Source: an uncultured Catenibacterium sp.
Lineage (GTDB): Bacteria; Bacillota_I; Bacilli_A; Erysipelotrichales; Coprobacillaceae
Assembly (NCBI RefSeq): GCF_934754625.1
Contig: NZ_CAKVIU010000001.1
Length of the DNA stretch: 64,000 bases
Strand: one strand, 5' to 3'
The notes below the pieces were generated by a model that was given only the letters and a program-made list of their open reading frames with translations, was not told where the DNA came from and searched no databases. Made by a program: the position numbers and the translations under genes. Shown in pieces: positions 42,954 through 52,240 of the stretch (its first letter is position 1; each line of letters starts with the position of its first letter).

Positions 42954-44336
42954 ATGGTATTGTGGAAAGGTAGATTTTCTAAAGAATTAAATCATGAAGT
43001 GAATGCATTCAATTCATCTCTTTCATTCGATCATCGTATGTATAAGCAGGATATCAGAGGATCTCTTGCTCATGCAAAGATGTTATGTAAACAGAGTATT
43101 ATTGAAGAGAAAGATTATGAAGAGATTGTAGAAGGTTTAAATGCAATTTTAAAAGAGATTGAAGAGGGTACACTCCTCTTTGATCCTGAAGCTGAAGATA
43201 TTCATATGTTTGTGGAAAGTGAACTCACAAAGCGTTATCCAGTGGCTGGTAAAAAACTACATACAGGACGTTCTAGAAATGATCAGGTTGCATTAGATCT
43301 TCGTTTATATGCACATGATGAAATTCTAGAAATCAAGAAGATGTTAGTAAACCTGATTTATACATTAACAGGTTTAGCTGAACATAACCTTGATACAATC
43401 ATGCCAGGATACACACACCTACAAAGAGCGCAGCCTATTACTTTTGCGCATCATTTAATGGCTTATGCATCAATGTTCTTAAGAGATATTGATCGTTTAG
43501 AAGATGTTGATAAAAGACTTTATGTATCACCTCTAGGAAGTGGTGCACTTGCTACAACAACTTATCCATTAGATAGACCATTTGTGGCAGAAGAATTAGG
43601 TATGCATGATATTATGTATAACTCTTTAGATGGTGTCAGTGATCGTGATTATGCGATTGAGTTATCAAGTGCCTTAGCCACAATCATGATGCATTTATCA
43701 AGATTCTCAGAAGAAGTGATCCTATGGTGTTCATGGGAATTCAAGTTTATTGATTTGGATGATGCATATGCAACAGGTTCTTCTATTATGCCTCAGAAGA
43801 AGAATCCAGATATTGCAGAATTAGTAAGAGGTAAGAGTGCAAGAGTCATTGGTGATGTGAATACATTACTTACAATGATGAAGGGACTCCCTCTTGCTTA
43901 CAATAAAGACATGCAGGAAGATAAAGAAGCTTTATTTGATGCAATTGATGAAGTCAAGCTTTGTCTTCCAGTCTTTACAGATATGATGGCAACTATTACT
44001 GTACATAAAGATAAGATGAGAGATGCTGCTGCAAGAGGATTTATTAATGCGACTGATTGTGCAGATTATCTCACTAAGAAAGGTATGCCATTTAGAGATG
44101 CTTATAAGATTACTGGGGAACTTGTAAGATATTGTATTGAACATGGAGAAACATTAGAAACACTTCCTCTAGATGTTTATACAGGTTATACAGATATGTT
44201 TGGTGAAGATGTTTATCAGGCTATTTCATTAGAAACATGTCTTAACAACAGAGCTGTTGTTGGTGGACCTTCTCCTAAAATTGAGATGGAGAATATTCAT
44301 AGAATCAATCAGAAAGTGAGTGGATATTGTGATTAA
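42954..44336 (+). CDS. argH: Argininosuccinate lyase
   Basis: Fumarate-lyase signature GSSIMPQKKNPD. 460 aa. Confidence 0.9.
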   Translation: MVLWKGRFSKELNHEVNAFNSSLSFDHRMYKQDIRGSLAHAKMLCKQSIIEEKDYEEIVEGLNAILKEIEEGTLLFDPEAEDIHMFVESELTKRYPVAGKKLHTGRSRNDQVALDLRLYAHDEILEIKKMLVNLIYTLTGLAEHNLDTIMPGYTHLQRAQPITFAHHLMAYASMFLRDIDRLEDVDKRLYVSPLGSGALATTTYPLDRPFVAEELGMHDIMYNSLDGVSDRDYAIELSSALATIMMHLSRFSEEVILWCSWEFKFIDLDDAYATGSSIMPQKKNPDIAELVRGKSARVIGDVNTLLTMMKGLPLAYNKDMQEDKEALFDAIDEVKLCLPVFTDMMATITVHKDKMRDAAARGFINATDCADYLTKKGMPFRDAYKITGELVRYCIEHGETLETLPLDVYTGYTDMFGEDVYQAISLETCLNNRAVVGGPSPKIEMENIHRINQKVSGYCD

Positions 44337-45357
44337 AGCAGGTATTATTGGTGCAAGTGGTTATGCAGGATGTGAACTATTAAGAATCTTATTAATGCAT
44401 CCTGAAGCAGAAGTAACAGCTATTTCTTCACATAGCTATACTGGTAAGAAGATTTATGATCTTTATCCTAACTTCTATCAGGTATGTGATTTAGAGTTTA
44501 TTGAAGATACAGAAGTCATTGAGAAAGCAGATATTATTTTTGCATCTCTTCCTCATGGCTTATCTGAAAAGTATGCGAAGACATGTGTAGAAAAGGGTAA
44601 AAAGTTTATTGATTTAGGGGCTGACTTCAGACTTGATAAAGAAGAAGATTATCAGAAATGGTATGGTCTAGATTATAACCTACCTGAACTTCATAAGAAT
44701 CAGGTATATGGTTTACCTGAAGTCAATAGAGATAAGATCAAGGATGCGACTATTATTGGAAATCCTGGATGTTATCCTACAACTATTACTTTAGGTCTCT
44801 ATCCTTTATTAAAGAATAAACTTAATGTATCACAGAAAATCATTATTGATTCAGCATCAGGTACTACAGGTGCTGGTAAGAACTTAAGTGATGGTATGCA
44901 TTTCCCAAGATGTAATGAATCATTCCATCCTTATAAAGTAGGTGTACATAGACATACACCTGAAATTGAACAGGAATTAAGTAAGATGAATGAAAAAGAT
45001 GTACATATCACATTTGTACCTCATCTACTTCCTGTAGACCGTGGTATTGTATCTACTATTTATGTTCCTGTAGATAAATCTCTTGAAGAAATCTATGAAA
45101 CATATGTAGAGACTTATAAGGATGAACAGTTTGTAAGAGTATTACCTCTTGGACAGGTGGCAGACTTAAAGTTTGTGAAAGCATCTAACTATTGTGATAT
45201 TTCATTACATATGGATGAACGTGATCATACATTAATTGTAGTATCTACAATTGATAATATGGTTAAAGGTTCTGCTGGTCAGGCAGTACAGAATATGAAT
45301 ATTATGTATGGACTCGATGAGAATACAGGTTTAAATCTTGTCGCTCCATCATTCTAA
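44320..45357 (+). CDS. argC: N-acetyl-gamma-glutamyl-phosphate reductase
   Basis: GASGYAG NAD-binding motif and the catalytic Cys (GNPGCYPT). Confidence 0.85.
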   Translation: MDIVIKAGIIGASGYAGCELLRILLMHPEAEVTAISSHSYTGKKIYDLYPNFYQVCDLEFIEDTEVIEKADIIFASLPHGLSEKYAKTCVEKGKKFIDLGADFRLDKEEDYQKWYGLDYNLPELHKNQVYGLPEVNRDKIKDATIIGNPGCYPTTITLGLYPLLKNKLNVSQKIIIDSASGTTGAGKNLSDGMHFPRCNESFHPYKVGVHRHTPEIEQELSKMNEKDVHITFVPHLLPVDRGIVSTIYVPVDKSLEEIYETYVETYKDEQFVRVLPLGQVADLKFVKASNYCDISLHMDERDHTLIVVSTIDNMVKGSAGQAVQNMNIMYGLDENTGLNLVAPSF

Positions 45358-45367
45358 GGAGGAAGTC

Positions 45368-46582
45368 ATGAAAGATATACTTGGTGGTGTTTGTGCACCA
45401 ATAGGATTTAGCGCAAATGGTATTCATGCAGGAATGAGAAAGAATAAATCTAAGAAAGATTTATCTCTTATTGTGAGTGAAGAGTTATGTACAGCAGCTG
45501 CAACATATACACAAAATAAAGTTAAAGGTGCTCCTTTAACAGTTACAAAGCAGCATTTAAAGAATGGTCGTGCAAGAGCTATTATCTGTAATTCAGGTAA
45601 TGCGAATACATGTAATTCAAATGGTATTGAGCTTGCGAATGAAGTATGTGCTTTAGCTGCAAAGGAATTAGGTTTAAAGGAAGATGATATTATTGTCGCT
45701 TCTACTGGTGTTATTGGTCAGCCTATGTCTATTGATCCTTTTAGAGATCATATGAAAGAACTAGTAAAGGGATTAAATGTAGATGGGTCTCATGATGCTT
45801 GTTATGGAATCATGACAACTGATACACAGCCTAAAGAATATGCAGTAGAGTTTAAATTAGGGAATACAAAGTGTCATATTGGAGCTATCGCAAAAGGTTC
45901 TGGTATGATTCATCCAAATATGGCAACAATGCTTGCCTTTGTGACAAGTGATGTCGCTATCTCTAAAGAATGTCTAGAAGCAATGGTACATGAAGTTGTC
46001 GATGATACATTTAATATGGTCAGTGTTGATGGAGATACTTCTACAAATGATATGTTATGTGTATTATCAAATGGTATGGCACAGAATAATAAGATTGTCT
46101 TAAAAGATCAGTCTTATAATGTTATGAAGGATGCGTTATATCATATTTGTGAACAATTATCTCGTGGCATTGCGAAAGATGGTGAAGGAGCGACTAAGCT
46201 TCTTACATGCAATGTCAAGAATGCAAAGACACTTAAGGATGCCAAGATTGTCGCAAAGAGTGTTATCACTTCTACTTTATTTAAAGCAGCAATGTTTGGT
46301 AGAGATGCGAATTGGGGTCGTATCTTATGTGCTATTGGTTATTCTGATGCTGATTTAGACATCAATAAAGTATCCGTGACATTGGCTTCATCTGCAGGAG
46401 ATATCCATGTTTGTGAGAAGGGCATGGGTGTCATCTTTGATGAAAACAAAGCTTTAAAGGTCTTATCTGAAGATGAGATTGATATTAATATTGATTTAAA
46501 TGATGGTATGTGGGATGCCACAGCGTGGGGCTGTGATCTTACTTATGATTATGTAAAGATTAATGGGGAATATAGAACATAA
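45368..46582 (+). CDS. argJ: Bifunctional glutamate N-acetyltransferase / amino-acid acetyltransferase
   Basis: ArgJ family with the autoproteolysis site ATML. Start set at the ATG after a GGAGGA RBS. Confidence 0.85.
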   Translation: MKDILGGVCAPIGFSANGIHAGMRKNKSKKDLSLIVSEELCTAAATYTQNKVKGAPLTVTKQHLKNGRARAIICNSGNANTCNSNGIELANEVCALAAKELGLKEDDIIVASTGVIGQPMSIDPFRDHMKELVKGLNVDGSHDACYGIMTTDTQPKEYAVEFKLGNTKCHIGAIAKGSGMIHPNMATMLAFVTSDVAISKECLEAMVHEVVDDTFNMVSVDGDTSTNDMLCVLSNGMAQNNKIVLKDQSYNVMKDALYHICEQLSRGIAKDGEGATKLLTCNVKNAKTLKDAKIVAKSVITSTLFKAAMFGRDANWGRILCAIGYSDADLDINKVSVTLASSAGDIHVCEKGMGVIFDENKALKVLSEDEIDINIDLNDGMWDATAWGCDLTYDYVKINGEYRT

Positions 46583-47436
46583 TGGAAGAAAGAGAAATAT
46601 ATCGAGCAAAAATCTTATCTGAAGCTGTTCCTTATTTACAGGAATACAATGGTAAGACAGTAGTAGTAAAATATGGTGGAAATGCGATGATCAATGAAGA
46701 ATTGATGAACAATGTCATTTCTGATATATGTCTGATGACTTTAGTAGGTATTAATGTGGTATTGGTTCATGGTGGGGGCCCTGAAATCAATAAGGCATTA
46801 AAACGTTCTGGTATAGAATCAAAGTTTATTAATGGGTTACGTTATACTGATGAAGAAACAATTGATATTGTACAGGAAGTATTAGCTGGTAAAGTCAATA
46901 AGAATCTTGTAAAGCTAATAATGAATGGGGGAGGCCGTGCAGTAGGTCTTTGTGGTATTGATAATAAGTTGTTAGAGGCGAAGAAGATTAAAGACGAATT
47001 AGGTTATGTAGGCACTGTTACACAGGTGAACAATCAAATCATTAAGGATGCAATCAAGAGTGGTTATATTCCAGTTATTGCATCTATTGCGATGGATGAT
47101 GAAGGTAATAGCTATAATGTGAATGCGGATTATGCAGCAGCAGCTATTGCGGATAGTCTAGAAGCAGAAAACTTGATTGTAGTTAGTGATATTCCTGGTT
47201 TATTAAGAGATCCTCATGATGAAAATACATTGATTCCAGAGGTATCTATCCAGGATGTAGAAAACTTAAAAGCAGAAGGTATTATTGCAGGAGGTATGAT
47301 TCCTAAAGTGGATTGTATTACTCATGCATTAAAAGGCAATATGTCTAAAGCAGTCATTATTGATGGTCGTATTCCACATTCTATTCTTATTGAAATATTA
47401 TCTAAGGATGGTAGTGGTACACTATTCACAAGATAA
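46582..47436 (+). CDS. argB: Acetylglutamate kinase
   Basis: Amino-acid kinase family with VVKYGGNAM and VHGGGP motifs. Confidence 0.85.
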   Translation: MEEREIYRAKILSEAVPYLQEYNGKTVVVKYGGNAMINEELMNNVISDICLMTLVGINVVLVHGGGPEINKALKRSGIESKFINGLRYTDEETIDIVQEVLAGKVNKNLVKLIMNGGGRAVGLCGIDNKLLEAKKIKDELGYVGTVTQVNNQIIKDAIKSGYIPVIASIAMDDEGNSYNVNADYAAAAIADSLEAENLIVVSDIPGLLRDPHDENTLIPEVSIQDVENLKAEGIIAGGMIPKVDCITHALKGNMSKAVIIDGRIPHSILIEILSKDGSGTLFTR

Positions 47437-47460
47437 CAGAGTTACATCTGTTATCTTTTT
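47433..47460 (+). terminator. Rho-independent terminator after argB
   Basis: gataacagagttacatctgttatc followed by T8. Confidence 0.7.
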
Positions 47461-47507
47461 TTTACGTCTCAAATAGTATATTATTAAAGATAAGGAAGGG
47501 GAAGACG

Positions 47508-48458
47508 ATGAAAAGATTATTATGCTTATTATTATGTAGTATATTGTTTGTAGCATGTGGTACTACAAAAGAGACAAAAAAGAAAGATACTGCAGTAGTA
47601 GAGAAACAAAAGAAAAAGGAAGAAGAAGCTAAGAAACTAGAGGAACAAAAGAAAAAGGAAGAAGAAGCTAAGAAACTAGAAGAACAGAAGAAACAGGAAG
47701 AAGAAGCAAAGAAATTAGAAGAACAGAAGAAGTTAGAAGAACAGAAGAAATTAGAGGAACAGAAAAAAGCTGAGGAAGCTAAAAGACAGGAAGAATTAAA
47801 ACGACAACAGGCACCTGTTGCGACAAATAATAATGTTGTCGCAATTGATGCAGGACATCAGGCAAGAGGTAATTCACAATTAGAACCTATTGGTCCAGGT
47901 GCTTCAACACAAAAGGCTAAGGTGGCAAGTGGGGCAACAGGAACTGCCACACGTATTCCTGAATATCAGACAACACTTAATGTCAGCATGAAACTAAGAG
48001 ATGTATTACAGTCTAGAGGGTATAAGGTTGTGATGATCCGTACAACTAATGATGTGAATATTTCTAATAGAGAAAGAGCTGAAATGGCCAATAATGCAGG
48101 TGCTGGTGCTTTTATTAGATTACATTGTGATGGTATTGATAATAGCGGTGTGACAGGTGCAAGTGTACAGGAACCAGCCAATGGTAATCCTTATATGAGT
48201 GCAGGTAATGTATCTGCTTCACAATCTTTAGGAAGAACAGTACTGAATCATTATTGTAGTACAACAGGTATTAGAAATAGAGGAATGGCCACACGTAATG
48301 ATCTAAGTGGAATCAACTGGTGTAAGACACCTGTCTGTTTATTAGAGATGGGATTCATCTCTAATGGGGATGAAGATAGAAAGTTAAACAACAGTGATTT
48401 CCAACAGAAAATTGCGGAAGGCATTGCGAATGGTATTGATGCTTATTTTGGTCGATAA
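47508..48458 (+). CDS. Lipoprotein N-acetylmuramoyl-L-alanine amidase (Amidase_3) with Lys/Glu-rich repeat linker
   Basis: Lipobox VACG, tandem KKLEEQKK(K/Q)EEEA repeats, and a C-terminal Amidase_3 domain (AIDAGHQ...LEMGFISN). The order arg operon -> terminator -> amidase is read from the sequence. Confidence 0.75.
   Translation: MKRLLCLLLCSILFVACGTTKETKKKDTAVVEKQKKKEEEAKKLEEQKKKEEEAKKLEEQKKQEEEAKKLEEQKKLEEQKKLEEQKKAEEAKRQEELKRQQAPVATNNNVVAIDAGHQARGNSQLEPIGPGASTQKAKVASGATGTATRIPEYQTTLNVSMKLRDVLQSRGYKVVMIRTTNDVNISNRERAEMANNAGAGAFIRLHCDGIDNSGVTGASVQEPANGNPYMSAGNVSASQSLGRTVLNHYCSTTGIRNRGMATRNDLSGINWCKTPVCLLEMGFISNGDEDRKLNNSDFQQKIAEGIANGIDAYFGR
47590..47800 (+). repeat. Tandem ~36-bp coding repeats (KKLEEQKKKEEEA units)
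   Basis: gaacaaaagaaaaaggaagaagaagctaagaaactagag is repeated with variants. Seen directly in the sequence. Confidence 0.8.
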
Positions 48459-48500
48459 TAATTGCATTCATGCCTATTAACTGTTTATAATGGTTCTTGA

Positions 48501-48533
48501 TAAGGTTATCCTTATAGGATAACCTTGAATTTT
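48501..48533 (+). terminator. Rho-independent terminator
   Basis: aaggttatcc-ttatag-gataacctt followed by gaatttt. Confidence 0.55.
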
Positions 48534-48576
48534 AGAGTATATTCCTATTGGTTTAGTAGGAACAAGAGGTGAAATA

Positions 48577-49416
48577 ATGGATAACATAAAAGCGATAGAA
48601 CGTAGTATTATTACAAACTTTAGAAAACCTTTATGGCGTAGATTTATTAAGGGTATTCAGGATTATGAACTCATTGAACCTGGTGATAAGATTGCGGTAT
48701 GTATTTCAGGTGGTAAAGATTCAATGCTTCTTGCGAAGCTATTACAGGAATTACAGAGACATGGTAAGTTTCATTTTGATTTAGAGTTTATTTGTATGGA
48801 TCCAGGCTATAATCCTGCTAATAGAAAATTGATTGAAGAGAATGCAGAAAAGCTTGGTATTCCTATTCAGTTCTATGAATCAGATATATTCAATGTTGTA
48901 CATGGTATAGATAAGAACCCTTGTTATTTATGTGCAAGAATGCGTAGAGGGTTCTTATATAATAGAGCACAGGAGTTAGGATGTAATAAGATTGCGTTAG
49001 GACATCATTTTTCAGATGTAATAGAAACTATTTTAATGGGGATGATGTATGGGGCTCAGATCCAGACTATGATGCCTAAGCTTCATAGTAAGAACTTTGA
49101 AGGAATGGAATTAATCCGTCCTATGTATTTGATTCATGAAGAAGATATTATTGCCTGGGTTGATAAGTTTAATTTAAAGTTCTTACAGTGTGCATGTCGT
49201 TTTACAGAAGAATCAGAAGCACGTGGAGAAATAGAACATACATCTAAACGTGCAGAAACTAAGGCGTTGATTAAGAAACTAAGAGAGATCAATCCTAAAG
49301 TAGAACAGAATATTTTTAAGAGTGTAGAGAATGTAAATCTTAAGACAATTATTGCCTATACTGATTGGGATGAATCAAAGAAGAGTTTCTTGGATTTTTA
49401 TAAGGAGCAGGAATAA
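48577..49416 (+). CDS. PP-loop ATPase, TtcA-like tRNA 2-thiocytidine/thiolation family
   Basis: SGGKDS PP-loop, CYLC (CxxC) and a second Cys pair (CAC). Confidence 0.55.
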   Translation: MDNIKAIERSIITNFRKPLWRRFIKGIQDYELIEPGDKIAVCISGGKDSMLLAKLLQELQRHGKFHFDLEFICMDPGYNPANRKLIEENAEKLGIPIQFYESDIFNVVHGIDKNPCYLCARMRRGFLYNRAQELGCNKIALGHHFSDVIETILMGMMYGAQIQTMMPKLHSKNFEGMELIRPMYLIHEEDIIAWVDKFNLKFLQCACRFTEESEARGEIEHTSKRAETKALIKKLREINPKVEQNIFKSVENVNLKTIIAYTDWDESKKSFLDFYKEQE

Positions 49417-50099
49417 TGGATGATCAGTTTACAAGATTAAGATGGGTTGCAGGTGATAACTGTATTGATATTATGAAGACGAAACATGTTGCAGTATTTG
49501 GCTGTGGTGGTGTTGGAGGCTTTGTGGTAGAAGGTTTAGTTCGTTCTGGTGTAGGAACAATTGATGTATATGATCATGATACAGTGGATATCACAAACCT
49601 CAATAGACAGATTATAGCGTTACATTCTACAGTAGGTAAGAAAAAAGTAGATATCATTAAAGAACGTATGTTAGATATTAATCCAAATTTAAATATAAAT
49701 ACGTTTGATACATTTTATTTACCTGAAAATGCTGATACAATAGATTTATCTCAATATGATTATGTGATTGATGCAATTGATACAGTAACTGCAAAGATAG
49801 AATTGATTAAGAGATGTACTGAATTGAATGTACCTATTATCTCTTCTATGGGTACAGGAAATAAGCTTGATCCAACTCATTTACAGATTACTGATATATA
49901 TAAGACAAAGATTGATCCTCTTGCGAAAGTAATGAGAAGAGAATTAAAAGCAAGAAGAATTAAGAAGTGTTTAGTTGCTTATTCAGATGAGATTCCTGCA
50001 AAGACAGGACAGAGAACACCAGGTAGTAGTGTATTTGTGCCAGCAAGTGCAGGATTAATGATTGCAGGATATGTGTTTCAATCATTGATAGGAGGATAA
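49416..50099 (+). CDS. ThiF/MoeB-type E1-like enzyme, TcdA/CsdL-like (tRNA threonylcarbamoyladenosine dehydratase)
   Basis: Rossmann GCGGVGG and D.D.V..TNLNRQ motifs. At 227 aa it lacks the MoeB zinc ribbon. Confidence 0.55.
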   Translation: MDDQFTRLRWVAGDNCIDIMKTKHVAVFGCGGVGGFVVEGLVRSGVGTIDVYDHDTVDITNLNRQIIALHSTVGKKKVDIIKERMLDINPNLNINTFDTFYLPENADTIDLSQYDYVIDAIDTVTAKIELIKRCTELNVPIISSMGTGNKLDPTHLQITDIYKTKIDPLAKVMRRELKARRIKKCLVAYSDEIPAKTGQRTPGSSVFVPASAGLMIAGYVFQSLIGG

Positions 50100-50103
50100 C
50101 AGT

Positions 50104-50652
50104 ATGGCTAAAGTTGCAGTTTTAATGGCAGATGGTTTTGAAGAAGTAGAAGCCTTAGGTGTAGTAGATATCTTAAGACGCGCAGAAGTGGATGTAGACA
50201 CTGTTTCTATTAAAGAGGAGCAGGTTGTCATTTCTTCTAGAAACATTCCTGTACGTGCGGATAAGACGCTTACAGACATGGATTATTATGATATGATTGT
50301 GATTCCTGGAGGAGCAGGTGCATGGACCTTAAGAGATGATGATCGTATTATTTCACTCATTAAGAAATATGATCATGAAGAAAGATATATTGCCGCTATA
50401 TGTGCAGGACCTATGGCTTTAGGTAAAGCAGGTGTAATCACTAATAAGAAAGTCACTTCTTATCCAGGAGAAGAAATTGAAAGCTATTTAAAAGCAGGTA
50501 AATATGTTGAAGAAGAAGTGGTTGTAGATGGTCATATTATTACAAGTAGAGGACCAGCCACAGCATTTGCGTTTGCCTATAAGCTTTTAGATGTATTAGG
50601 TATTGATTCATCAAGCCTTAAGCATGGAATGTTGTATGATCTATACAGATAG
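50104..50652 (+). CDS. DJ-1/PfpI family protein
   Basis: 182 aa with the nucleophile elbow AAICAGP and the V.IPGG motif. Confidence 0.8.
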   Translation: MAKVAVLMADGFEEVEALGVVDILRRAEVDVDTVSIKEEQVVISSRNIPVRADKTLTDMDYYDMIVIPGGAGAWTLRDDDRIISLIKKYDHEERYIAAICAGPMALGKAGVITNKKVTSYPGEEIESYLKAGKYVEEEVVVDGHIITSRGPATAFAFAYKLLDVLGIDSSSLKHGMLYDLYR

Positions 50653-50668
50653 CCTTTGTGCTATCTTT
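50644..50668 (+). terminator. Rho-independent terminator after the DJ-1 gene
   Basis: gatagc-ctttgt-gctatc followed by T7. Confidence 0.6.
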
Positions 50669-50672
50669 TTTT

Positions 50673-50700
50673 AATGCGAAAAAAAACGATCCCGAAGGAT
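50673..50700 (-). terminator. Terminator downstream of tRNA-Glu (minus strand)
   Basis: On the minus strand: acgatcc-ttcg-ggatcgt followed by T8. Confidence 0.6.
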
Positions 50701-50711
50701 CGTAATATTTA

Positions 50712-50787
50712 ATATGGTGACCGGTACGGGATTCGAACCCGTGAATGCATGCGTGAAAGGCATGTGAGTTAACCGTTTCTCCAACCG
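50712..50787 (-). tRNA. tRNA-Glu (anticodon UUC)
   Basis: Reverse-complement folds by hand as GGCCGGT acceptor stem / D arm / anticodon stem CATGC-CTTTCAC-GCATG (anticodon TTC) / T arm ACGGG-TTCGAAT-CCCGT / ACCGGTC-A-CCA. Confidence 0.85.
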
Positions 50788-50838
50788 GCCAGCGGAATTG
50801 AGTATATCATAGGAGAAACAAATACGTCAATAGTTATT

Positions 50839-51237
50839 TTAATATTTTGATAAAGAAAATGCTGAAATTTTTTTGTCTTTAAAGGTAAACTTAATTTGTA
50901 TATTCTTCTCTTTATATTTATAGGTTATAGTACCTTTTCCGTTATTGTAATGGTTAGAAGTAGGAGAAGAATAAGTATGCTTTACTGTAGAGTAATCAGT
51001 TCCTACAGTAATATTATTCTTAAGTTTATACTTCTTAGTAAAGAGAGTGATTGTTTGGATTTTTCCATCCTTTTCTGAATATTGAATATTAGAATCAAAT
51101 AAAGCATCTGACATCTTTGATGCACTCATACCAGGATAGAGCTCTTTATTCTTATAAATGACTGTATAGTCCTTTATATCAGTTTGAGCACTACATGCAC
51201 ATAATAAGAGACATAGTAATAATAGTATCTTCTTCAT
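50839..51237 (-). CDS. Hypothetical lipoprotein
   Basis: Lipobox LCAC. 132 aa, Lys/Tyr-rich. Confidence 0.5.
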   Translation of the reverse strand: MKKILLLLCLLLCACSAQTDIKDYTVIYKNKELYPGMSASKMSDALFDSNIQYSEKDGKIQTITLFTKKYKLKNNITVGTDYSTVKHTYSSPTSNHYNNGKGTITYKYKEKNIQIKFTFKDKKISAFSLSKY

Positions 51238-51343
51238 ATATATACCTCCTTGTCTTTATATTAGAACTTTAATAAGAAATTGCAAGAAAAGTTTGACAGG
51301 GAGCAACTACCGTCTAGTAGAATAAATGTAGGAGGTAATTGTT

Positions 51344-52210
51344 ATGGAATATGTAAAATTAAATAATGGTGTAGAAATGCCGTTCATCAGTTTTGGAGTT
51401 TATCAGATTCCAAAAGAGGATACTAAGAGATGTGTATTAGATGCAATCAAGTCTGGATATAGAGGCATTGATACAGCACAGAGCTACTTCAATGAAAGTG
51501 AAGTAGGGGATGCGATTGTAGAGTGTGGTGTTCCTAGAGAAGAACTCTTTATCACTACTAAAGTCTGGATTGATCATTATGGTTATGAAGAATGTAAGGC
51601 ATCAGTAGAAGAATCTTTAAGAAAACTTAAAACAGACTATTTAGATCTATGTTTACTTCATCAGCCTTTTAGTGATTATTATGGTGCTTATCGTGCTTTA
51701 GAAGAGTTATATGCAGAAGGTAAAATAAAAGCAATTGGTGTTTCTAATTTCTATCCTGATCGTTTGACAGATATTTGTATGTTTGGTAGAAAGGTTATTC
51801 CTGCAGTTAACCAGGTAGAAGTCAATCCTTTTAATGCACAATGGTGTGCTCAGGAAAACATGGAAAAATATGGTGTAAAAATGGATGCATGGGCTCCATT
51901 TGGTGAAGGAAGAAATAATCTATTTACTAATGAAACATTAGTTTCTATTGGTAAGAAATATAATAAGAGTTCTGCTCAGGTTGTGTTGAGATGGCTTATT
52001 CAAAGAGGTGTTATTGTTGCCTGCAAGTCTACTCATATTGAAAGAATGCAGGAAAATATCAATGTCTTTGATTTTGAATTAACAGAAGAAGACATGAATT
52101 CTATTAAAACATTAGATACTAGTAATAGCTTATTCTTCTCTCATAATGATCCTAATATGGTTGAATGGTTCGACAAGATTGTGAAAGAAAGAAGAGTAAA
52201 TGAAGATTAG
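51344..52210 (+). CDS. Aldo/keto reductase (2,5-diketo-D-gluconate reductase-like)
   Basis: AKR motifs G.RGIDTA..Y.NE, LHQP, and a C-terminal IPKS-like region. Confidence 0.8.
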   Translation: MEYVKLNNGVEMPFISFGVYQIPKEDTKRCVLDAIKSGYRGIDTAQSYFNESEVGDAIVECGVPREELFITTKVWIDHYGYEECKASVEESLRKLKTDYLDLCLLHQPFSDYYGAYRALEELYAEGKIKAIGVSNFYPDRLTDICMFGRKVIPAVNQVEVNPFNAQWCAQENMEKYGVKMDAWAPFGEGRNNLFTNETLVSIGKKYNKSSAQVVLRWLIQRGVIVACKSTHIERMQENINVFDFELTEEDMNSIKTLDTSNSLFFSHNDPNMVEWFDKIVKERRVNED

Positions 52211-52212
52211 AT

Positions 52213-52240
52213 AAAAAGACTTCAATTGAAGTCTTTTTTA
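52213..52240. terminator. Bidirectional terminator between the AKR gene and the ABC operon
   Basis: aaaagacttcaattgaagtctttttt. Confidence 0.65.

Noticed and set aside
46131-46521. 75-aa plus-frame and 60-aa minus-strand ORFs inside argJ
   Set aside because: Alternative-frame or antisense ORFs within a conserved argJ coding sequence.
47590-47800. Possible CRISPR-like regular repeats
   Set aside because: The periodicity is an in-frame coding repeat (KKLEEQKK units) inside the amidase lipoprotein gene, with no unique spacers. No CRISPR array or cas genes occur anywhere in the window.
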